DNA of 64,000 nt from Schmidtea polychroa. Taxonomy: Eukaryota. This document shows, in pieces, positions 1-8,607 of this stretch. The position numbers and the translations under genes were made by a program. Where the stretch lies: assembly GCA_044892525.1 (NCBI GenBank), contig CM097885.1:50160001-50224000 (forward strand), read 5' to 3'. The notes beneath the pieces are model-generated. The model was not told the DNA's origin and searched no databases. It saw only the letters and a list, made by a program, of their open reading frames with translations. Position 1 is the stretch's first letter. Every line of letters begins with the position of its first letter.

Positions 1-205
1 CATAGATTATATATGTAACGTTTATCCAATCAAAATGCAGATAGGATAGAAAAAATTAACGCACACATATTCATGTCTTTGTTTAAAAAAGAATGAGTCA
101 TCGATGACTCACATAGTAACAAATAATGTCTTTGTTACTCACATAAAGACATGCAATACAAGTGCATGAAATTTGTTGATATGAATAATAAAATTAATTA
201 ATAAT

Positions 206-289
<84 letters not shown>

Positions 290-311
290 CTTTTGACATT
301 TAATACATTTA

Positions 312-696
312 TTAAACAAAATTATACATTGATAACAACCATGCAAGGCAATGTTGGCCACAAGTAATTGAAAATGGATTTTGATACCGAGTTCGATTAT
401 ATACAATAGGTTTACCAATAGTTTGCAATTTACTAATTAATAAATTTGGGTAATAATATCCAAAGGGATCGAATGCATATACTCGGTTTGGTTTCACATA
501 TACAGCAATCCAATGTTCACCTCCTAAACTAGATGTATGAGTATTGACGATTATGGCTTGATTATTTCTCAAATATGGAATTTTATCCAGTGGATAAACT
601 CCAAGAAATTCGTTTCCCAATAATTGAGTACCAATTCGAGACACCTGAATAGAACTAATCAATAAGTTAAATTATAAAATAAAAATCTTACTCCAT
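312..696 (-). CDS. Adenain-like cysteine protease; probable exons 696-692 and 654-312
   Basis: Motifs IVNT..GEHWIAV, FDPFG and YQ..SITCGQHC give the H-D-Q-C catalytic set. ATGGA|GTAAGA...ATTAG|TTCT supplies an ATG start (MDSIQVSR) via a 37-nt intron at 655-691. Confidence 0.88.
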
Positions 697-741
697 AAAA
701 AACTTTAATCTTTTAAATTTCTTCATTTATACTAGTACAGT

Positions 742-1953
742 TCAATTTGCAGTAATTTGGATTTCATTTTCAAAAACCCCATAGATTATTACATGGACTG
801 GTTCAGTAGTTGCTTTACCGAACTTAATATCCAATCTCAAATTGCCACTTTGAGGTAATTGACTTTGATTTAAATCAAAATCTGGAGCCAGAACAAATGT
901 GAAAAATGGATAGAATGTTTTGAATTCTTCCAGACTTATACCACAATTAAGATTTTTATCCAAATATCCTAAATTTCTGACAAGACTTTGCATATATGAA
1001 GTACAATAATTATCATTATCAAAATCTTGAGTATAAGTTTCTCGATAATCAGTATTTTTCGATAATGAAAGAGAAGTTACACTAAAGTGTTTGAATTTTG
1101 ATGAAGATGTATCATAAGATCCGTTATATTGAGCTTCACTTTGAAAAGTTACAAGGATAAAATTAGGCATTCTTCGATCTCCAAATATTTGCTCCTTGTA
1201 AAATGATGATGCTCCTTTAGCAATTGCAAATGATACAATTTCTTTTGTTTTTATCGGATAAATTGCATGTTTGGTATTTAATCCAATTTGATGTCCCGCT
1301 AATACAGACGATTCACATCGAACTCTTCGAACCATTAATTTGGCATCGAGTAATATTAATTTAGGTGCTGCACCTGCAACTCCAGTTGATAATGACAATG
1401 CAGAATCAGATCTTTTCAATCTCATATGTACATTAACACCTGGTAGTAAATAATTGGGTTGATCCATAAAATCCAATTGTAGAGATGAACACATGTTGAA
1501 AGTTTTTGAGCCTTTAATCCACTTTTTTCGATCATCAGATACACCATATCCCATTGGAGTTAGACAAGTATCTTTAGTATCATTATTATAATTTAAAATA
1601 GTTTCTATAATTGCCTTGTGAGCATATGTATTGTTTCCACCCTCAATTTTAATGTTATTAAATCCAAGAATAACATCTTTAAAGAGAGTATGAAACAAGA
1701 AATTATTAGGTTCAGTTGTATCATCTGCAGCTAATGCTTTATTGTCTTTATCTACAACTTTTATTTGAACATACAACAAAGTATCGTTCAAATCTAAATA
1801 TTCTGTTTGAGAACCATTAATGTAAAATTCCACATCATTTCTACTATCGGTAATAGAATTCATTGGAAATACATCTTCAAATGCTCCATATTCGATAACC
1901 GCCTGAGGCGATGGTCGATCAAATAGACATAATTCAGATTTACCGCAAATCAT
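742..1953 (-). CDS. Polinton major capsid protein (double jelly-roll type), possibly 5 aa short
   Basis: N-terminal KSELCLF, EYLDLNDTLLYV, FLFHTLF, YLLPGV and C-terminal GNLRLDIKF..VIIYG are typical Polinton MCP motifs. The ORF ends AAT TGA ACT GTA CTA GTA TAA, suggesting a CGA>TGA change. Confidence 0.88.
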   Translation of the reverse strand: MICGKSELCLFDRPSPQAVIEYGAFEDVFPMNSITDSRNDVEFYINGSQTEYLDLNDTLLYVQIKVVDKDNKALAADDTTEPNNFLFHTLFKDVILGFNNIKIEGGNNTYAHKAIIETILNYNNDTKDTCLTPMGYGVSDDRKKWIKGSKTFNMCSSLQLDFMDQPNYLLPGVNVHMRLKRSDSALSLSTGVAGAAPKLILLDAKLMVRRVRCESSVLAGHQIGLNTKHAIYPIKTKEIVSFAIAKGASSFYKEQIFGDRRMPNFILVTFQSEAQYNGSYDTSSSKFKHFSVTSLSLSKNTDYRETYTQDFDNDNYCTSYMQSLVRNLGYLDKNLNCGISLEEFKTFYPFFTFVLAPDFDLNQSQLPQSGNLRLDIKFGKATTEPVHVIIYGVFENEIQITAN

Positions 1954-2339
1954 TCTTCAAATATGGTTCCGTGTCCTTTCATTCGTTTGTTTATATGCCT
2001 TCTCCCTCTCTTGCGTTTAGTTCCCATACTTGTTTTAATTTCACTTTCAAATTTACGTTTTACTGGTACCAGTGCTGGTTCAGTTTTAAACATACCAGGT
2101 ATTACTTTACTTATTTCAGCAATTGCATTTGATTTCAACGATGGTAATATTTTCTTGTCATTCATAATTACATCTTTTGCAGTTTTCATACCGAAATTAC
2201 CAATACGTTTAAGAATTGGTAACGCAAATCTACCAATTGTTCTCAACCACCCACTTCCGTACTGTTTACCAACAAAATATGGTAATTCGCCACCACTTTG
2301 GCTAACACTATACATACTAATAATATCAGAATTAGCCAT
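1950..2339 (-). CDS. Basic core-like protein with QxGG/QxGxG motifs
   Basis: QSGG..YFVGKQYGSG followed by an amphipathic helix, a K/R-rich tail and MKGHG. Located between the minor and major capsid genes with overlapping start and stop codons. Confidence 0.7.
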   Translation of the reverse strand: MANSDIISMYSVSQSGGELPYFVGKQYGSGWLRTIGRFALPILKRIGNFGMKTAKDVIMNDKKILPSLKSNAIAEISKVIPGMFKTEPALVPVKRKFESEIKTSMGTKRKRGRRHINKRMKGHGTIFEE

Positions 2340-3349
2340 CTACTTTACGAAAATGTAGTGTCAAATGAGTTTTTGAATCTTTTGCAAATTCGATTAATTG
2401 ACCAGAATCATCTCTTATATTTATTTCTATATTGTTTATACAGGATGTTGAAACAGGCAAATACATGGGATTTTCTACATTGATTTGTACAACATCATCT
2501 TGTTCATGTTTCTCAACCCAAATAGATTTCAATAGAGGAACCAAAGAATCACCAACAATTATGGGTTCAATAATATTAGTATAGAGAAACATTTGATGAT
2601 GAAGTTTAATTATTTTCGGTTTATTCATACCTACATTTAATTTTCCATCTTGAATATATGTTCCTTTTGATAATCCTAATGTTTTTATTAGATTTTTATC
2701 AAAAGTAATTTCAGTAATATCAGTATTCAAACTGAATTTGAACAAAGTATTGTCTACTAATTCCAATGATTTAAATATTGATCCACAATTCTGAATTAAA
2801 TATGATTGTAATTCCTCCAATTTAGAAATGTATAAATTCTCATTAAACGTATATGTATTTTCAGTTTCACCCTCAAACTCAACTTTCATTGAAATTGTCT
2901 CATATCGCGCTGCTACTTTGGTAAATCTCGGCCGTAGTACTTGGAATATATTAGTATGATTTCTATTACTCTGACTTGTTAATTCCAATCGTTTTGCCAT
3001 TGCTAAACTATCAAATTTTATAGTAAAGGGATGATATTTACATTCAACTATTAAATATTGACGATCAATATACATTTTGACAATTGAATCGGAAGGACCA
3101 ATATCAATTCGATCTTCTACATTATCAATGACAAAAGAGATATTTCTTTGCGTCTTTCTTTTTATATTCAATTTTAGCTTTACTATAAATTGGAAAGGCT
3201 TGGTATACAAATGTAAAGTCAAGGAGAGCAACTTCCCAATTACCATTTAAATAAATCGGATTTTGGAGATTGACCATAAATTTACTGGCAGTGTTTTCTG
3301 GATGTATATTCGGACAACTATTACTTGGCAAAATAATGTAAAAATTCAT
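2332..3349 (-). CDS. Minor capsid (penton-like) protein, split across two frames by a frameshift or a 67-nt intron (3117-3183)
   Basis: N-terminal MNFYIILPSNS..WEVAL lies in one frame. C-terminal LYTNIIEPIIVGDSLVPLL..PMYLPV..IEINIRDDSG..LHFRK lies in another. A phase-compatible GTAAAG...TGTAG intron would join them. Confidence 0.8.
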
Positions 3350-3977
3350 TTTACGAGGTCTCGAGACGACATCCATGATGGGTTTTTATATCCATGCCAT
3401 TTGACATAGTATTGTTTATCCTTACCCACCATTTTAGTTTTCAATATTTTTTGAATTCTAAATACTTTTGGGGGAGGAATGACTTGTAATTCTTGCTCAT
3501 AAAATTTCCCTTGTACAATGTTATTTTCAGAATCTCTGATGACATACATCACAGGGTTCTGGCTAGTATTTATTTTCGAAATTACAAAGACTTCATCACT
3601 CCAATTTGTATCGAAATTTTTAATAAATGGTGATGCACTAATTTTACTAATTCTAACATGGTCACCAACTTTATATTTCGGTTTTGTAATTTTTTCAGAT
3701 TTTTTAGAATAGAATGTTTTTGATGTGATATCAACCGGTCTCAGTCCTCGATGTGACTAGTTATAACTGGTTATAATTTTTGGTAAAACCAATACCCATT
3801 TTTTATTACCTTGATACACGAACAATTTCTTTAATCTATCTCTCAAGGTTCTGTTAAATCTTTCAACATGAGCAGCTTTGTATTGAGAATGTACCGAGTA
3901 GTGATTTATTTTCAGTTTATCGAGGATTTGCTTAACTTTATTGTTGTAGAATTCTTTACCTAAAATAATAATAATAT

Positions 3978-4039
<62 letters not shown>

Positions 4040-4427
4040 CTAAATCCGTTTGTAAATTATTAGGATGTCCATTTTTAAATAAAATATTAATAGCTTTGGA
4101 CATTTCATCTGCAGATTTTGACTTGACTGGTATTGCTCGTGCAAACCTGCTGTATACATTAATACACGTTAAAATATATTTATACCCCTTGTTAATTTTT
4201 GAATAGGGTATCATCTCCATCAAATCCATTTGCCACAAATCATTTATTCCATATGTTTTATACGCTCTTGTTGGAAATCTTTTCTGCATTGGTTTGTTCA
4301 AACTGTACGCTAGTTGATTTGATAACTACTTCTGGGTTTCTTTTTTCGAATTCGGAACTCTTTTCTTTAATTTTGCCACTCCACCGAAACCGGCTTCGTC
4401 TTCTGGGTTCGTCCAAATCTTCTCCAT
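3346..4427 (-). pseudogene. Polinton rve integrase with C-terminal chromodomain; intron 3960-4039; two in-frame TAG stops
   Basis: Reads MEKIWTNPEDEAGFGGVAKL..WQMDL..LTCINVYSRFA..LQTDLG|KEFYN..HVERFNRTL..YYVKWHGY. TAG codons at 4326-4328 (expected Trp) and 3757-3759. Confidence 0.88.
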
Positions 4428-4479
4428 TACAACAGGAAGATTTAAAATTCAAATTAAGATTTGGTAATGATTGACCCAT
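4258..4479 (-). CDS. Small ORF overprinted on the integrase 5' end (MG start, CC, basic patch)
   Basis: ATG lies 4 nt after the upstream stop. 73 aa, starting MGQSLP..SSCC. Confidence 0.4.
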   Translation of the reverse strand: MGQSLPNLNLNFKSSCCNGEDLDEPRRRSRFRWSGKIKEKSSEFEKRNPEVVIKSTSVQFEQTNAEKISNKSV

Positions 4480-4482
4480 TGT

Positions 4483-4974
4483 TTATGATGATGATTTTAA
4501 TAAACCTGCCCCTCCCAATAAAGATAATGCTATTGGTATCAAGGCTGCAATGAGGCCTCCTTGTTGTTTATATATGATTTTACGCATACGTTTTTTATTT
4601 TTAGTATTTACTAATGATAATAATGGTTTCTTGTGTCTGTTCAAAATCTTTTTATTTGATGTACTTATACGGAATTTACCTTTAACAACTTTAATTAAAA
4701 TAGCAAGTAAATCATCAATAACATAATTTGGAAAAGACTGTAAAATATTCATTCTTCTCATACTGGGAGCCTTAAGTAATGCAATGAAAAACGGAAAACT
4801 ACGATGAGAATTACTCGGCGGAATATGATTACTCGGTGGAATACGATTACTCGGCGGAATATTATCAATAAGCAATTTTTTCGATGGTGTGAAACTAGTT
4901 TTTGGTGGAATCTTAACCACTTTTGCAGGTTTCCTTCTTGTAGGTTTTGTCTTTACACGAGTTTTTAGTAACAT
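4483..4974 (-). CDS. Basic virion-type protein ending in QxGG plus a hydrophobic tail
   Basis: K/R-rich, IPPSN x3, C-terminal KQQGGLIAALIPIALSLLGG, adjacent to the ATPase as in other Polintons. Confidence 0.7.
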   Translation of the reverse strand: MLLKTRVKTKPTRRKPAKVVKIPPKTSFTPSKKLLIDNIPPSNRIPPSNHIPPSNSHRSFPFFIALLKAPSMRRMNILQSFPNYVIDDLLAILIKVVKGKFRISTSNKKILNRHKKPLLSLVNTKNKKRMRKIIYKQQGGLIAALIPIALSLLGGAGLLKSSS

Positions 4975-4995
4975 GATTGATAATTTATTTTGGTT

Positions 4996-5619
4996 TTATC
5001 TTTGTTTATATACTATAGCTCCTTCCTTGTTAAATATATCTGTTCTTACTCGTAATTCATCAGGACACTGTTGTGTAAAATCTAGAAAAATATATCCATG
5101 TGGGGATTTTGTTGCATCGACAAATACATTCATTAAGAAATTTCGATTATTTGGATATGCTTGCCTTGCAAGAAAGTCAATCACTGTAGCATCTCTCGGA
5201 TTTTTGAAAACAACTAAATATTGAACATTCAAATTACGAGTTCGGTGAGATCCACCTTGATGAAAAAGATTTTGAGTGATAAAAATTACAGTGACACCTT
5301 TATGTCTACTAATTTTTGTAAACAAATTATTAAAATCCTTTTCTTTATTTGCTTCTTGATATAAATCATCAATAATAATCACATCACCCTGTCGTAATCT
5401 AGATGACCAGTTTTTATCGAACCCTTTTATGATTGTCATTTTGATTTTACAAAACTGATCTTGTGTCATTCCGCTTTCATCATCAGCTCCCCTATGCCAA
5501 TAAATTTTATTAAATTTTGACTTGAATAATTTTGATTGTAATAATTTACAAACAAACAATGTTTTCCCGCTACCACTCGGGCCAACGATTTGGTATACTG
5601 CATCATTTCTTAATTGCAT
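4996..5619 (-). CDS. A32/FtsK-like DNA packaging ATPase
   Basis: Walker A GPSGSGKT, Walker B IIIDD, SRH arginine-finger region, ITQNLF, KNPRD, PHGYIFLD. Confidence 0.92.
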   Translation of the reverse strand: MQLRNDAVYQIVGPSGSGKTLFVCKLLQSKLFKSKFNKIYWHRGADDESGMTQDQFCKIKMTIIKGFDKNWSSRLRQGDVIIIDDLYQEANKEKDFNNLFTKISRHKGVTVIFITQNLFHQGGSHRTRNLNVQYLVVFKNPRDATVIDFLARQAYPNNRNFLMNVFVDATKSPHGYIFLDFTQQCPDELRVRTDIFNKEGAIVYKQR

Positions 5620-5727
5620 TTTTTATTTTTAATTTTAAAATATCTAGTTATTGTTTATATTAGATGATTTTAATGAACTCTTGCTAAAGTTGTATATAAA
5701 GAGTAAAATTTCATAAATGATTTAATT

Positions 5728-6165
5728 ATGCTTGCAAATATAAATTATCGAGGAAATTTTGATGTTTCAAAAATGAGGTTCCCACCAGGAAAACCACAGC
5801 AAATTGTCGATAGAAGCGGGAAATATCCGATAATATTTTTCAAGACTGGCAAATGCAGAATTATGGGATGTAAGGAACCATTGGATATTAATAAATTACA
5901 ATATCGAATCAATAATATTAAAATTCAATCAATTACCGTTACTATGGATATGGGACATACTATCAATTTATACAAAATATCGAGAAAATGTGATTGTATG
6001 TTTGAACCGGAATTGTTTCCGGCATTAAGACTATTAAAATATAACCCTATATGTGTCAATGTGTTTTCAAGTGGAAAGGTTGTCATGCTTGGGTTGAGAA
6101 ATTTAGACTATAGGGAATTTGTTAACAATGTTCGGAATGAGTTAAATTCATTGGTCGATTTCTAA
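5728..6165 (+). CDS. Element-encoded TBP-like protein (145 aa)
   Basis: IIFFKTGKCRIMG and FEPELFPALRL..VNVFSSGKVVMLG align to the two TBP repeats. TATATAAA at 5693-5700. Confidence 0.85.
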   Translation: MLANINYRGNFDVSKMRFPPGKPQQIVDRSGKYPIIFFKTGKCRIMGCKEPLDINKLQYRINNIKIQSITVTMDMGHTINLYKISRKCDCMFEPELFPALRLLKYNPICVNVFSSGKVVMLGLRNLDYREFVNNVRNELNSLVDF

Positions 6166-6218
6166 TTGGTTAATTTCTAATTGGTTAATAATAATAATAT
6201 TAACTATTTATTGTTTAG

Positions 6219-6604
6219 ATGTCATTAATAATGTATACTAGCGCGGCAAAATCAATGTCTGAGATCGATAATTACGGTAAATTTTTAATATATATATATT
6301 TTTTATATATTTTATAGATGAATATTCCAAAGTGATGTTAAATTGCCTCAAGTATTTCTATCCTCAATTGAATGAAATTCTGAAGGACAGGGATCCAGAG
6401 ATTATACCAGATTTGGTATACAATGCAACAAGAATCTGGATGTTCGATATATTAAATCAATTCCAATGGGATATCAAGATCGACAGAATGCAGAAAGAAA
6501 TGGAACCAGAATATCCATGTATCATTGGATGCAGTTGTTGTGCTGATCGTTATCAGCGATATGTAGAATGGAATTTAGTAAAAACACTTAGAAACTTATT
6601 CTAG
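6219..6604 (+). CDS. Unknown spliced protein (exons 6219-6276, 6318-6604) with a CxxxCxCC motif
   Basis: A 41-nt GTAAAT...TATAG intron puts an ATG in frame with the GTG-started ORF at 6332. Confidence 0.6.
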
Positions 6605-6674
6605 GATTGTTGATTTAAATTAATAAATATTTTTTATGTATTTTGTTTTTTTTTTTTATATATTGATGACCAAA

Positions 6675-6721
<47 letters not shown>

Positions 6722-6760
6722 TAATAATAATAATAATGATAATAATAATAATAATCATAC

Positions 6761-6930
6761 ATGTGCAACATTAATGCAATTTAAACAAAGACACATTAAT
6801 GCAAACCATGTGCAACATTGATGCAATTTAAACAAAGACATGTGCAATACAAATGCAAAGCATGTGCAACATTGATGTAATTTAAACTTTAATCTGATTG
6901 GTTGTTCCATTTATTTTGAAGGTATAAAAA
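6761..6930 (+). promoter_or_regulatory. Promoter with repeated TGTGCAACA/AAACAAAGAC units, CCAAT box and TATA box
   Basis: About 4 imperfect repeats, CTGATTGG at 6894 and TATAAAA at 6923, upstream of the ATG at 6964. Confidence 0.55.
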
Positions 6931-6963
6931 CCCTGTACCATTTCATTTTAATCATAATTCACG

Positions 6964-7371
6964 ATGGTCAAGAAAAGCACTGAAAAACCGAAAGATGAAC
7001 TTGTTCAGCCTGTTCAAATGTTCCACAACTACAAAATGTATTTTTTAAAAGAAGAAATCAATATGAAATTGGTTGCACCGGTCAAGTTAATTCCAACTCA
7101 ATTTCAATTCTTATCCGGCACGCTTTCAATGGTAGATGTTAAAACCATAGATGATGTTTTCAAACGGTTGAATTCAAATCTATCATGTAATCAAAATGCA
7201 TGGTTCAACAACCGATATGCAAAATTTTATGATGCCTTTGATGAAATCAGTTTCAAAGAAAACGAAAATTGGTATATAACAATTGCAATCCAAGGATATA
7301 AAGTCGATAATAATGATGTGTATTCTCCAATTTGGAAAATTATGTCTGCTAGGCTTTCACAACTATTTTAA
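6964..7371 (+). CDS. Unknown 135-aa protein, possible OB-fold ssDNA-binding protein
   Basis: Clean ATG ORF with its own promoter. The C-terminal ITIAIQG..YSPIWKI pattern recalls viral SSBs; fold call is tentative. Confidence 0.6.
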   Translation: MVKKSTEKPKDELVQPVQMFHNYKMYFLKEEINMKLVAPVKLIPTQFQFLSGTLSMVDVKTIDDVFKRLNSNLSCNQNAWFNNRYAKFYDAFDEISFKENENWYITIAIQGYKVDNNDVYSPIWKIMSARLSQLF

Positions 7372-7523
7372 TGTATTTAATAAATGTATATAATGTATTT
7401 TAATAAATGTATTTAATGTATTTAATCTTATTTATTTTATTAATATTAATGCAACAGTAATGCAAATTTAACAAAGACATTCTATAAACAAACTTACATT
7501 ATAGTTTAAAAGTGTTAATAAAA

Positions 7524-7931
7524 ATGACTACAGAAAAAGGTTAATTTTGATTAATAACTTACCGAATTATTTATTATTTAGAAATTGTAATCAACTTTTT
7601 GTTGGAAAAATTGGCAGAAATAGCTGGTGTAAATGTTGAGGATATATTATCTGTTGCAAATGCATTAAATATAGGCTGGATAGTTGAAAGTCAAGATTCA
7701 GGATTTGATGAAAGTGAAGTGAGTCAAGAAACTGATGTAGAAATTGATGGAGAAAATGATGGAGAAAACACCCAAGAAATTAGTGAAAACATCCAAGAAA
7801 TTGATGGAGAAAACATCCAAGAAATTGATGGAGAAAACAATCAAGAACAACCTAACGATTGTATAGATCATGTAGTTGATAATATTATGAAATGTGGAGA
7901 TGACTATTGTGAATGTGTTAATAAATGTTAA
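7524..7931 (+). CDS. Spliced acidic protein with DSGFDES motif, EIDGEN repeats and Cys-rich end (exons 7524-7539, 7582-7931)
   Basis: ATG ACT ACA GAA AAA G|GTTAAT...TTTAG|AA ATT is in frame with ORF 7599. Intron is 42 nt. TATAAA lies upstream at ~7483. Confidence 0.65.
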
Positions 7932-7973
7932 ATTTTAAATTTTGTTTTTTATACATAAGAAAAATAACAAAAA

Positions 7974-8163
7974 TTAATATTTATTTAAATATTTAAATAA
8001 CATATACAATAAAACAACTCCTGTTGTGAGTTTAATATAGTTTTTCATTTTTCTTTTGATTTCATCAGTTTCTTTAGCATTGCGGGCGAGTTGATTGAGT
8101 ATATCCCATCCGCCATTATCTTCTATCCATGGACTAAACTTGGATTTGATTATCTAAAAAAAA

Positions 8164-8197
<34 letters not shown>

Positions 8198-8498
8198 TTA
8201 CTTCTAAAGACCACTGATAATAATGTTCTGAGTCATGTTGGCATTTCGCAATGATTATCTTCATGTAGGTGAACCCTACAATAATTCTTGTCCATTTCAT
8301 GTCTTCATCGCAGAGACATTGAAATATATTGTTAAAATAATTCTTCTTTGATTCAAGACAATCCATATCAAGCATTCTCTGGTAGTCGATATGGTTGCCT
8401 TCAATAATTTGTTCGGTCCGATTGACCAGGAAATTGAGGCTGTCGACTATATTCGCTGTGACTAGTCCATTTAGAACGTTTTCAATAAATTTAGACAT
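7974..8498 (-). CDS. Bcl-2-family protein, 158 aa, spliced (exons 8498-8202, 8153-7974)
   Basis: BH1-like DEDMKWTRIIVGFTY, BH2 PWIEDNGGWD after the 48-nt intron, and C-terminal tail anchor YIKLTTGVVLLYMLFKYLNKY. Confidence 0.85.
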
Positions 8499-8607
8499 TT
8501 TTTACAATAATTTTTAATATACTGTCTTATTTATACTACTGTGTGTGTAATATGATTCTGATTGGTTGATAGACTATAAATGTAAAACATAATAGATTTG
8601 ATACAAC

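Noticed and set aside
194..418. Poly-Ile/Asn/Tyr/Leu and IY-repeat ORFs here and at 6636, 9485, 12437, 30813-31228, 50430-50940 and 62747-63152
   Set aside because: They are translations of (AAT)n or (AT)n microsatellites.
3757..4328. Two TAG stops in the integrase read as codon reassignment or read-through
   Set aside because: TAG ends other ORFs in the element (e.g. 6604), and the two sites need different residues; mutation is simpler.
1911..5224. Plus-strand ORFs antisense to Polinton genes (1911, 1963, 2298, 3518, 4199, 4889)
   Set aside because: Shadow frames of well-supported minus-strand genes, with no motifs.
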